This document shows, piece after piece, positions 9,263 to 17,480 of a stretch of 32,000 bases of DNA. The stretch is taken from contig JBDSDX010000001.1 of assembly GCA_039920285.1 (NCBI GenBank), forward strand, positions 480,001-512,000, written 5' to 3'. How positions within the stretch are numbered: position 1 is the stretch's first letter; the number at the start of each line of letters is the position of its first letter. Made by a program: the position numbers and the translations under genes. Source of the DNA: Candidatus Saccharimonadota bacterium (GTDB lineage: Bacteria > Patescibacteriota > Saccharimonadia > Saccharimonadales > Saccharimonadaceae). Under the pieces are notes generated by a model. It was given only the letters and a program-made list of their open reading frames with translations. It made no database searches and was not told where the DNA came from.

Positions 9263-9740
9263 AGAGTGCGTAGAGAGCGATACCGGTCGCGACACTGACG
9301 TTATATGACTCTTTGCGTCCTTGCATAGGTATTTCAACCAGATCGTCACACAGAACTCGTAAGTCGGCTGTAATGCCTTCAACTTCTTCACCGAGTATCA
9401 GTGCTATTTTTTCAGGTGCTGTATATGCATTCAACATAACTGCACGGGCATCTTGTTCAAGTCCTACGATTCGATACCCTTTAGAACGAAGTGTTTCGAT
9501 AGGTGGTTCCTCTTGATATTCAAAAGGTACCATCGTTTCAGCACCCAGGGCAGTTTTATGGATCTGAGAATGTAATTTATCAGCAATGTGAGGCAGCCTC
9601 GTGTCGCCTTTGAGACTAGGGTAGGGCGTATAGCCACTAAGAATGATCTGTTTTACTCCAAAACCTTCAGCCGTACGAAAAATTGATCCCACGTTGTGGG
9701 TTGAACGAATATTGTGAGCAATAACAATGATTTCGGGCAT
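9255..9740 (-). CDS. SpoU/TrmH-family RNA 2'-O-methyltransferase
   Basis: 161 aa with HNVGSIFRTAEGFG, LGEEVEGI and IPMQGRKESYNVSVATGIALY SPOUT motifs. Its 3' end overlaps dnaE by 8 nt. Confidence 0.85.
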   Translation of the reverse strand: MPEIIVIAHNIRSTHNVGSIFRTAEGFGVKQIILSGYTPYPSLKGDTRLPHIADKLHSQIHKTALGAETMVPFEYQEEPPIETLRSKGYRIVGLEQDARAVMLNAYTAPEKIALILGEEVEGITADLRVLCDDLVEIPMQGRKESYNVSVATGIALYALSI

Positions 9741-9748
9741 TACGCGTC

Positions 9749-9756
9749 ATTATACC
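9749..9756 (-). promoter_or_regulatory. -10-like box GGTATAAT (minus strand), 8 nt upstream of the methyltransferase ATG
   Basis: The complement of 9749-9756 reads GGTATAAT. The start codon is the complement of 9738-9740. Confidence 0.4.
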
Positions 9757-9779
9757 ACTATAAAATGCTTATGTTTTTT

Positions 9780-9787
9780 GGTACGAT
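9780..9787 (+). promoter_or_regulatory. -10-like box GGTACGAT, 7 nt upstream of the PilB-like ATG
   Basis: TACGAT at 9782-9787 with the same GGTA prefix as the other boxes. ATG is at 9795. Confidence 0.35.
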
Positions 9788-9794
9788 AGGATGA

Positions 9795-11417
9795 ATGAAT
9801 GAGGATAAACAGCAGCAGCAAGCTCGCGATCAAGACGAGTCGAGCACACAGCAACGTGCCTCTATCCTCGGGATGGAGTATTTTGACAGTCGCGGCACCG
9901 ACCTGACGACACCTCTTGTCTCGGGCGTACTGTCCATCGAGGACATGCACAAACATCGCATTATTCCACTTGAACAGGGTGGCGACTCAGTTACTTGGCG
10001 TTTTGGAGTGACGACTCAAACTCCACAGTCTTTTATTCGTGAATTGACTGATAAATATACTGCTCAGGCACAAAATGTTGTCTACTCACTTCTCAGCGTG
10101 AGCGGCTTTAATACCTTCATGAATCGCTACGACCCACCACTTGTTGTCACCTACGATGATATTCAGATTGCTAAGGCTGGTGACAGTGATACGATTACAC
10201 AGGTCAGCAATACGCTGAACTCTGTTAGTAGTGATAAGGTGTTTGAGTACTTGATTGATCAAGCTGATAAGCTTGGTGCCAGTGATATCCACATCGAGAA
10301 TCAACAGAACGGTATTCGTATTCGTATGCGTATCGATGGTGCACTCCACCCTGTTGCAGAGCTTGATAACGACCGATACAGAGTGATTCTTGGCGCACTT
10401 GCTTCTCGTGCGAACTTCTCGACGGCTTCAAATGAGCCACAATCGGGCCACTTGCAACAAGAAATTATACGCGACGGTGTAAAGCACACGCTCAACCTAA
10501 GGATTGAGACTATTCCTACACTGTTCGGACAAGATGCCGTTCTCCGTTTGTTTAACTACGATGAATCAATGCTCAATCTTGATCGTCTTGGTATTGGTGC
10601 AAACGAACGACGCGAGATCGATGAAGTGATTAGTCACCCTCGAGGCATGGTGTTGATGGTTGGTCCGACGGGAAGTGGTAAATCAACCACACTGTATAGC
10701 ATTATCAACGGTCTCAATACAACTGATCGTAAGATTATTACCCTCGAAGACCCCGTCGAGTTTAGTATTGGCGGCGTGTCCCAGATTCCTGTTGATACGA
10801 CAGGCGGTCAAAGCTTTGCCGATCACCTTCGTTCGGTGCTGCGTCTTGACCCTGATGTCGTCATGGTCGGTGAAATTCGTGATAGTGACACTGCCAAGAC
10901 AGCGATTCAGGCATCTATAACGGGGCATCTCGTGCTTTCGACCTTTCACGCAAATACGACTTCAACCGCATTTAGTCGCATGATTGACCTTATTGGCGTA
11001 AACCCAATTTTTAGTTCAGCAATCCGTCTCGTGATCGCTCAACGATTGGTCCGCCGCCTTGATGATGCGACGAAAGAAGCTTACGACCCAGACGAACCAA
11101 CGAAAGCCTGGGTGAGAACGGCACTTGCGAACCTCCCGGAGCACGAACCCAAGCCTGATCTGGAGAATTTTAAGCTGTATCGACCGGTTGTGAGTGAAGC
11201 GTCACCGTTTGGCTATACTGGTCGTATCGTGATTATGGAACAAATGGTCGTTAATGAAGAAATTCAGAAATTCCTCCGTGGTGATGTTCAAGATGTCCAT
11301 GCAGAAGTTATCGAAAAAGCTGCCCGTGCTGGCGGTATGGTGAGCCTGTTAGAACGCGGTGTTTTGGCTGCACTTCGTGGCGAGACAACACTCGATGAAG
11401 TTAATCGCGTCATTTAG
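9795..11417 (+). CDS. GspE/PilB-family type II/IV secretion (type IV pilus assembly) ATPase
   Basis: Walker A GPTGSGKST, Asp box ITLEDPVE, Walker B DPDVVMVGEIRD and His box TGHLVLSTFHAN, plus an N-terminal GspE_N-like region. Confidence 0.85.
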   Translation: MNEDKQQQQARDQDESSTQQRASILGMEYFDSRGTDLTTPLVSGVLSIEDMHKHRIIPLEQGGDSVTWRFGVTTQTPQSFIRELTDKYTAQAQNVVYSLLSVSGFNTFMNRYDPPLVVTYDDIQIAKAGDSDTITQVSNTLNSVSSDKVFEYLIDQADKLGASDIHIENQQNGIRIRMRIDGALHPVAELDNDRYRVILGALASRANFSTASNEPQSGHLQQEIIRDGVKHTLNLRIETIPTLFGQDAVLRLFNYDESMLNLDRLGIGANERREIDEVISHPRGMVLMVGPTGSGKSTTLYSIINGLNTTDRKIITLEDPVEFSIGGVSQIPVDTTGGQSFADHLRSVLRLDPDVVMVGEIRDSDTAKTAIQASITGHLVLSTFHANTTSTAFSRMIDLIGVNPIFSSAIRLVIAQRLVRRLDDATKEAYDPDEPTKAWVRTALANLPEHEPKPDLENFKLYRPVVSEASPFGYTGRIVIMEQMVVNEEIQKFLRGDVQDVHAEVIEKAARAGGMVSLLERGVLAALRGETTLDEVNRVI

Positions 11418-11450
11418 GACTCTAACCCCTTTTAAATAGAGACAAACTAT

Positions 11451-11458
11451 GGTATATT
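11451..11458 (+). promoter_or_regulatory. -10-like box GGTATATT upstream of rplS
   Basis: TATATT at 11453-11458, about 40 nt upstream of ATG 11499. Confidence 0.35.
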
Positions 11459-11498
11459 AGATATTCGATTGTACTAATAATAACGACGAGAGACGAAA

Positions 11499-12020
11499 AT
11501 GAGTTTTGAACTAATCAATAAGGTAAACCAAGCGCAGAAGAAGAATGCTGTTGTTGACGTTAACAGCGGTGACACTGTGCGTGTTCACCAAAAAATTAAA
11601 GAAGGCACTAAAGAACGTATTCAGGTATTTGAAGGCGTTGTTATTCGTGTCGACCGTGCGAATTCGCACACAGCACGTATTACTGTGCGTAAAATCGCCA
11701 GCGGTGTTGGTGTCGAAAAAAGCTTCCTTATTCACAGCCCACTGGTTGAGAAAATTGAAGTGACTCGTCGTTCGAAAGTACGCCGTAACTACCTTTCATA
11801 TCTTCGTGAACGAAGCGGTAAGAGTGCTCGCCTTAAGGGTGTTAACTTTGACCGTGAAGGCGTTAACGACATCTCTGACCCAGCTGCTGAAGCTGAAGAA
11901 GCTCGTCTCAAAGAAGAAGCTCACCTTGCTGCAGAAGCAAAAGCTGCTGAAAAAGCCGTTGCTGAAGCTGAATTAACAGCGAAACAAGCTGAAGTCGAAG
12001 CTCGACACGAAGAAGCGTAA
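11499..12020 (+). CDS. rplS: 50S ribosomal protein L19 with an Ala/Glu-rich C-terminal extension
   Basis: Residues 1-115 align with canonical L19 (FEGVVI, RKIS/A.G.GVE, YLRER.GK.AR). Residues 116-173 are extra. Confidence 0.9.
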   Translation: MSFELINKVNQAQKKNAVVDVNSGDTVRVHQKIKEGTKERIQVFEGVVIRVDRANSHTARITVRKIASGVGVEKSFLIHSPLVEKIEVTRRSKVRRNYLSYLRERSGKSARLKGVNFDREGVNDISDPAAEAEEARLKEEAHLAAEAKAAEKAVAEAELTAKQAEVEARHEEA

Positions 12021-12035
12021 AACTTCTTAAACATG

Positions 12036-12063
12036 AAATGACCGCACTCGCGGTCATTTTTTA
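12036..12063 (+). terminator. Rho-independent terminator after rplS
   Basis: Perfect 10-bp stem AAATGACCGC/GCGGTCATTT (12036-12045 / 12050-12059) with loop ACTC and a T-run. Confidence 0.8.
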
Positions 12064-12067
12064 TTGC

Positions 12068-12074
12068 GTATAAT
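12068..12074 (+). promoter_or_regulatory. -10-like box GTATAAT, 6 nt upstream of the rnhB ATG
   Basis: TATAAT at 12069-12074 and ATG at 12081, with no SD between them. Confidence 0.4.
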
Positions 12075-12080
12075 AAAGAG

Positions 12081-12986
12081 ATGATTTTAGGGATTGATGA
12101 AGTAGGGAGAGGACCATGGGCTGGACCGCTGGTTATTGGTGCGGTGGTGCTCGGAGATATTCCTATTGAGGGCTTAACTGATAGTAAAAAGCTCACGAAG
12201 AAAAAGCGTGATGAACTCGATGTGATTATTCGTCGCGATGCGGCTGGCTTTGGACTGGGATGGGTCTCATCGGAAGAGATAGATAAGATTGGACTCTCGG
12301 CGGCATTGAGATTGGCGACAATCCGAGCAGTAGAGCAGGTGAAAGCACCATATCATGAAATTATTATTGATGGCACGATTAATTTCTTGTCAGAGACGAG
12401 TAAGGGGAAGTATGTGACGACTCTTCCAAAGGGTGACTTGTTGATTCCGAGTATTTCGGCAGCATCGATCATCGCAAAGGTTGCTCGTGATACGTATATG
12501 GCCGAGCAAGATGAGGTATATCCAGGGTATAACTTTACAAGTCATGTGGGATACGGGACTGCCGCACATAAACAGGCCATCGAAACTTTAGGAGTGACGC
12601 CACTTCACCGGACTACCTTCGCACCAATTGCCGCCTTCATTTCAGATAAGCCATCCACAAAGCAAATCGGTGACGCTGCTGAGACTGTCGTTGCTCAGTA
12701 CCTTATTGCGAATGGTCACGCAATTCTAGATCGGAATTGGAAAACGAAATATTGCGAGATTGATATTATATCTCTTAAAAAAGGCACTATTTATTTTACC
12801 GAAGTGAAATATCGTCATAACAGTGTTCACGGCGATGGATTATCGGCGATTACTCCGAAAAAACATAAACAAATGGCATTTGCAGCAGAGCTGTATATAA
12901 CACGACACCCCAACAGAGAGGTTAGGCTAATAGTAGCATCACTCAGTGGTGACACTCATCTTGATGAGTTTCTAGAGCTCGAGTAG
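12081..12986 (+). CDS. rnhB: Ribonuclease HII fused to a YraN/UPF0102-family endonuclease domain
   Basis: N-terminal GIDEVGRGPWAGPLV and DSKKLT RNase HII motifs. From about aa 193 (nt 12657) the sequence reads KQIGDAAE...YL...G...NW...CEIDII...IYFTEVKYR...K, which matches YraN. Confidence 0.85.
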   Translation: MILGIDEVGRGPWAGPLVIGAVVLGDIPIEGLTDSKKLTKKKRDELDVIIRRDAAGFGLGWVSSEEIDKIGLSAALRLATIRAVEQVKAPYHEIIIDGTINFLSETSKGKYVTTLPKGDLLIPSISAASIIAKVARDTYMAEQDEVYPGYNFTSHVGYGTAAHKQAIETLGVTPLHRTTFAPIAAFISDKPSTKQIGDAAETVVAQYLIANGHAILDRNWKTKYCEIDIISLKKGTIYFTEVKYRHNSVHGDGLSAITPKKHKQMAFAAELYITRHPNREVRLIVASLSGDTHLDEFLELE

Positions 12987-15491
12987 AGCTTTTCGAACAG
13001 TCTCGCCGTCTCGTTCGATCAATTCGATCCGACCTTTTAGTTCACCAATACCGAGTTCAATATTTCGTTTGAGCGCTGGTTCTTTCTTTGATTCTTCAAA
13101 GAACTCAGTGTATTCGTCCAGCTGTTTTTGGGTAATAAGACTACTCGCGATATAGCGAGGGATCGCATCGAAGTGTGAATCGCCCTTAAATTTCTCAAGC
13201 ATCCATGGCCAATTGTCGCGCGTCCATTGCCACATCTTGTCACGGCCGTAACGGTTACGCATCAGCCAGACGAACCATCGCGGGAAGTCTTGCATACGAA
13301 CCACGGTCTGATCTTGGAGGAGTTTCATTAAACGATCAATCGTCTCCGGTTGTTTGGTCGCCGTCAGTGCAGCGGCGATATCTTCTTGCAGCTCACTGTT
13401 AGAAGTGCGGTCGTGTTGAGTGAGGAGCTGGTCGATAATTGTTTGGTCTGTGGCGTAACGAACTGCAGCTGCCATTATGCCGGTACGAAGTTCGGGGTCG
13501 AGTGTTTCGGGAGTTGCGTTTGTAAAGAGCTCGTGAGCCTTGGAGAGGACATCAGAACGCTCACTGTAGATCATTTGACTAATGATGAGGCCACGGAACT
13601 TGGTGTCGCTGTCAGGCTCTCCTGGCTTTGTGTGCCACCCAAGTCGTTCGAATTGTGCAGTTGCGAGTTCACCGACAAAACCACGAAGTTTCTTTTCAGC
13701 AGCTTCGTCAGTTTCGGTAAAACGCTTCAACTCATTAATTGCGACAGACATAATATCCCAGACTGCTTCCACTTCTTCGTTTTTGTACTGAAGAAGCAGA
13801 GGGATGAGTTCAGCCGTTGAAATAATACCAGCTTGTGCAAGAAGTGTTTGTTCGTGGAGAAGATGAAGGCGGTCAACATCAGATAGACTACTCAGTGATG
13901 CAAGGAGTTCGGCACGCAGCTCAGGGCTGTAGTGGGTGATGAAATGGGCGGTGCCACCTTTATTAAATTGCAGTAAATCTTTTGAAGCGTAAGGAATTGT
14001 CAGTTGTTTTTCGCTTAAGATCTTAGGAATTGATGGGTCGTTGGCATTGAGTGGAATTGGCCATAATTTGTCTGATGGACCATGTGGGCCAATGAAGAAT
14101 TGTGATTGGCTTAGGTGAAGCGAATCGCCATCTTTTGTGACTTCAAGAACTGGATAGCCTGACTGACTAATCCAGGTGTTCATAAACATACCGATATCTT
14201 GTCCTGAGGCTTCGGTAAGACATTGCCACAGATCGTTGGCCTCAGTGTTTTGGTAGGCGTATCTTTCAAAATACAGTTTGAGTCCTTTTTGGAAGGCGGT
14301 ATCTCCAATGTACGTTTGTAGCATACGAAGAAGGCGGCCACCTTTGGCGTACACGATTGACGGGTCAAATAATGCACCGATTTCATCAGGATGATGAACT
14401 TCACTGCGGATTGACTGGACACCGTCAAGGCTATCGCGTCGCAGTGCTTGCAGGACTTCGTAGCTAGCGTGGTCAAGCCAAATCTCCCAGTCAGGTTGGA
14501 GCATGTCGATCGAGAGGTATTCCATCATATTGGCGAAGCTCTCATTAAGCCAGAGATCATTCCACCATTTCATGGTCACAAGGTTACCAAACCATTGGTG
14601 GCTTAGTTCGTGAGCAATCACGGTTGCTGCCTGACGTTTATTGCTCAGAGAACTCGTCTTCGGATCAGCTAAAAGTGCAACTTCGCGGTAGGTAATGAGC
14701 CCCCAGTTTTCCATGGCACCTGATGAGAAATCAGGAAGAGCAACATGGTCAGATTTTGTGAGTGGGTAGGGAGTACCAAAATAATCATCGAAGAAATCAA
14801 TTGTTCGGGTAGCGATGTCGACGGCAAAGTCGAGGCTCTCGGGTGACTGGGCTGGTGTCGCCCATACGTTTACTTCAACGCCACCTTTGGTTGTGGCAGA
14901 TTTTTTATGTAACTCACCGACTATGAACGCGACGAGGTAACTACTCATACGCGGTGATGTTTCAAAGGTTGTGACAAGGAACTCGTTTTCAGTTCGTTGG
15001 AGGACGATAGGCATATTACCAAGGACAGTCACTTCAGGTTCAGTCGTTAAAGTAACATCAAAGGTTGCCTTGGCTTCAGGCTCATCGACACAAGGGAATA
15101 CTTCGCGGGCGTGGTGACTTTCGAATTGAGTAGCAAGAAGCTCTTTTTTAACACCATCAACTTCAAAGTAACAAGGATACAGACCGTGCATCGGGTCCGT
15201 AATAGTACCTGCGAAAGCAATAATAACGACGTGTTTGCCTGACGACATGTCTTTATGTTCAATAAGTAATTCATCATTTTCTTCGAGAGAGAAGTCGGCA
15301 GATTTTCCATCAAAACTGACTGATTCAATCAAAAGATCTTTGGCGTGAAGACGAATTTCGTGTGCGTCATCAGGACTGACACCAGAAATAGTGACTAATC
15401 CTTGAAATTTTCGACCGCTACGATCGAGTGTTAACGATAACGCATAGTTATCAGGAATAAAGGTTTTGATCAGTCGGGCCACACTTTGCAT
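12972..15491 (-). CDS. pepN: M1-family aminopeptidase N
   Basis: GAMENWG exopeptidase motif and HELSHQWFGNLVTMKWWNDLWLNESFA (HExxH-18-E) in an 839-aa protein. The 3' end overlaps rnhB-yraN by 15 nt. Confidence 0.9.
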   Translation of the reverse strand: MQSVARLIKTFIPDNYALSLTLDRSGRKFQGLVTISGVSPDDAHEIRLHAKDLLIESVSFDGKSADFSLEENDELLIEHKDMSSGKHVVIIAFAGTITDPMHGLYPCYFEVDGVKKELLATQFESHHAREVFPCVDEPEAKATFDVTLTTEPEVTVLGNMPIVLQRTENEFLVTTFETSPRMSSYLVAFIVGELHKKSATTKGGVEVNVWATPAQSPESLDFAVDIATRTIDFFDDYFGTPYPLTKSDHVALPDFSSGAMENWGLITYREVALLADPKTSSLSNKRQAATVIAHELSHQWFGNLVTMKWWNDLWLNESFANMMEYLSIDMLQPDWEIWLDHASYEVLQALRRDSLDGVQSIRSEVHHPDEIGALFDPSIVYAKGGRLLRMLQTYIGDTAFQKGLKLYFERYAYQNTEANDLWQCLTEASGQDIGMFMNTWISQSGYPVLEVTKDGDSLHLSQSQFFIGPHGPSDKLWPIPLNANDPSIPKILSEKQLTIPYASKDLLQFNKGGTAHFITHYSPELRAELLASLSSLSDVDRLHLLHEQTLLAQAGIISTAELIPLLLQYKNEEVEAVWDIMSVAINELKRFTETDEAAEKKLRGFVGELATAQFERLGWHTKPGEPDSDTKFRGLIISQMIYSERSDVLSKAHELFTNATPETLDPELRTGIMAAAVRYATDQTIIDQLLTQHDRTSNSELQEDIAAALTATKQPETIDRLMKLLQDQTVVRMQDFPRWFVWLMRNRYGRDKMWQWTRDNWPWMLEKFKGDSHFDAIPRYIASSLITQKQLDEYTEFFEESKKEPALKRNIELGIGELKGRIELIERDGETVRKALLEL

Positions 15492-15497
15492 ACATTT

Positions 15498-15503
15498 ATT
15501 GTA
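15498..15503 (-). promoter_or_regulatory. -10-like box TACAAT (minus strand), 6 nt upstream of the pepN ATG
   Basis: The complement of 15498-15503 reads TACAAT. The pepN ATG is the complement of 15489-15491. Confidence 0.35.
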
Positions 15504-15536
15504 GCAAAGTTAAGAAGAGCCGTGCATAGTAATGAC

Positions 15537-16223
15537 ATGAGTGAGCGGATTCGAAGGGTAATTGTTGTATTGATTAGCTTAGGTGTGCTGACGGCTATTG
15601 TCTGGGGTTCAGCACCTGCACCGAATTTGATCGTCGAGCAACCTTTGAAAAATGCTCAAACTGGCACGGGACTCGCGAGCACAACGCTCGAGACGTTGGC
15701 GGTCAAGGGTCGTGCTCCAAAAACTGGATATAGCCGTGATCAATACGGCAGTGGATGGTCGACAATCAACGGGTGTGATACACGTACTATCATTTTGAAC
15801 CGTGATCTTCAGAACCCTGTGCTCGATGAAGAATGTCGGGTGATTGGCGGGACACTCAATGATACATATACAGGTAAGATTATTATCTTTAGTAAAGAAA
15901 CAGCAGCGGCGATTCAAATTGATCATGTCGTTGCTTTGTCGGATGCCTGGCAAAAAGGAGCACAGTTATTGACGAGACAAAAAAGGATTCAGCTCGCCAA
16001 TGATCCGATAGAACTTCTCGCGGTCGATGGCCCGGCTAACCAAGCGAAGGGCGACGCTGATGCTGCATCGTGGCTTCCGTCAAATAAAACATTTCGCTGC
16101 CAATATGTGGCAAGACAGATTGCCGTGAAGCAAAAATATTCGTTATGGGTGACTGATGCCGAAATGACTGCTATGAAGCAGGTGCTTGCGAGTTGTCCGA
16201 CAGAGGGCCTTCCAACACCCTGA
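15537..16223 (+). CDS. Signal-anchored DUF1524 (GmrSD C-terminal/HNH-like) nuclease domain protein
   Basis: IDHVVALSDAWQKGA and NLLAVDGPANQAKGD-type motifs (here ELLAVDGPANQAKGDADAASWLP). N-terminal hydrophobic anchor RRVIVVLISLGVLTAIVWG. ATG 15537 is preferred over the track's TTG at 15486. Confidence 0.75.
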   Translation: MSERIRRVIVVLISLGVLTAIVWGSAPAPNLIVEQPLKNAQTGTGLASTTLETLAVKGRAPKTGYSRDQYGSGWSTINGCDTRTIILNRDLQNPVLDEECRVIGGTLNDTYTGKIIIFSKETAAAIQIDHVVALSDAWQKGAQLLTRQKRIQLANDPIELLAVDGPANQAKGDADAASWLPSNKTFRCQYVARQIAVKQKYSLWVTDAEMTAMKQVLASCPTEGLPTP

Positions 16224-16227
16224 GTAC

Positions 16228-16256
16228 TTGCGCTCCAGACGAGTTCGATATATAAT
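16228..16256 (+). promoter_or_regulatory. Candidate nusA promoter (-35 TTGCGC, 17-nt spacer, -10 TATAAT)
   Basis: TTGCGC at 16228-16233 and TATAAT at 16251-16256. It lies between the upstream stop codon (16221-16223) and the hairpin at 16270. Confidence 0.45.
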
Positions 16257-16269
16257 AGCGACAGTACAT

Positions 16270-16293
16270 TCCGGCCGGCAGGTCGGATTTTTT
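16270..16293 (+). terminator. Intrinsic-terminator-like hairpin plus T6, upstream of nusA
   Basis: Stem TCCGGCC/GGTCGGA (7 bp, one G-U) with loop GGCA, followed by TTTTTT at 16288-16293. Confidence 0.7.
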
Positions 16294-16322
16294 AGTCAAA
16301 AGTCACCCGAAAGGAGACAATT

Positions 16323-17465
16323 ATGGATGAAATGAACCTTAAACAGCTAACCCTCGCGGTTCGCACTATTGCCGAAGAAAAGAACCTACCTGAAGAAACG
16401 GTCATGTCTGTTATCGAGCAAGCAATCGCTGCGGCATGGCGCCGTGATAACGGTGAGCGTGATCAAGAAGTTCGTAGTGAATTTAATGTTAATAGCGGTG
16501 TCGCAACAGTATATGTTGCCCGCGAAGTGGTTGAAGCTGTTGGTAGTGACGCTCATGAGATTAGTCTTGAAGACGCTCGTAAGGTCAAAAAAGACGCTGC
16601 ACTTGGTGACATGATCGAAGAAGAACATGAAGTAACGAGTTTTGGGCGTGTTGCAGCACAAACAGCGAAGCAAGTTGTCTTGCAACGTCTTCGTGAAGCT
16701 GAACGTGAAGTTGTTCTTAGCGAATACGAAGACAAGATCGGTACCGTCGTCAACGGAACTGTTCAGCGTGTTGAGCCACGTGTCGTTCGTATTGAAATCG
16801 GTAAAGCCAACGGTATTATTCCACAAAGTGAACAAATTCAAGGTGAATACTATAGTGTCGGTAGCCGTATCAAAGTCTTTATTAAAGATATCGAACGTGA
16901 CAACCGTGGTCCGCAACTTATCTTGAGCCGTGGTAACGAAGAATTCATCGAATACCTCTTCCGACAAGAGGTTCCAGAACTTGAAAGTGGTGCAGTTGAA
17001 ATCAAGAAGATTGCTCGTGAAGCTGGTCGTCGTACAAAACTGGCTGTTGCAAGCACTGTCCCTGGTGTTGACCCAGTCGGTACATTTGTCGGTGGTCATG
17101 GAACTCGTGTCCAAGCTGTCATGAATGAAGTCGGTGATCAAGAAAAGATCGACATTGTTACCTATGATGCAGACAACATACAGTTCATCAAAAACGCACT
17201 CAGTCCTGCTGAAGTCAGTAAAGTTGAAATCAATGAAGCCGACAAACGTGCAACTGTCTATGTTAACGAAGACCAGCAGTCAATCGCTATTGGTCGTGGT
17301 GGACAGAATGTTCGACTCGCAAGTCGTTTGACTGGCTACGAACTCGACATCGAGCAAGCAGTTGCCGCTGCAAAACCAACTGAAAAAGCGCCAAAGAAGA
17401 ACATCGAAGATAGCCTTCTTGATGCTATTGAAGAGACAACTGAAGAAGCTCCCGAAGCTAAGTAG
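16323..17465 (+). CDS. nusA: Transcription termination/antitermination factor NusA
   Basis: NusA N-terminal domain, an S1 domain (GTVVNGTVQRVEPRVVRIEIG) and two KH domains (AIGRGGQNVRLASRLTG). SD AAAGGAG lies upstream. Confidence 0.95.
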   Translation: MDEMNLKQLTLAVRTIAEEKNLPEETVMSVIEQAIAAAWRRDNGERDQEVRSEFNVNSGVATVYVAREVVEAVGSDAHEISLEDARKVKKDAALGDMIEEEHEVTSFGRVAAQTAKQVVLQRLREAEREVVLSEYEDKIGTVVNGTVQRVEPRVVRIEIGKANGIIPQSEQIQGEYYSVGSRIKVFIKDIERDNRGPQLILSRGNEEFIEYLFRQEVPELESGAVEIKKIAREAGRRTKLAVASTVPGVDPVGTFVGGHGTRVQAVMNEVGDQEKIDIVTYDADNIQFIKNALSPAEVSKVEINEADKRATVYVNEDQQSIAIGRGGQNVRLASRLTGYELDIEQAVAAAKPTEKAPKKNIEDSLLDAIEETTEEAPEAK

Positions 17466-17480
17466 TTTCTCGATACATAA

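Noticed and set aside
11880-12017. Repetitive GCTGAA/GAAGCT DNA at the end of rplS, considered as a tandem repeat or CRISPR-like array
   Set aside because: These are imperfect codon-level repeats that encode an in-frame Ala/Glu-rich tail. There is no unit-spacer organisation.
16386-17141. A 251-aa ORF antisense to nusA
   Set aside because: It lies entirely inside the strongly supported nusA CDS. Its translation is low-complexity T/F/N/D-rich sequence typical of the reverse frame of a GAA/GTT-rich gene. It has no independent start signals.
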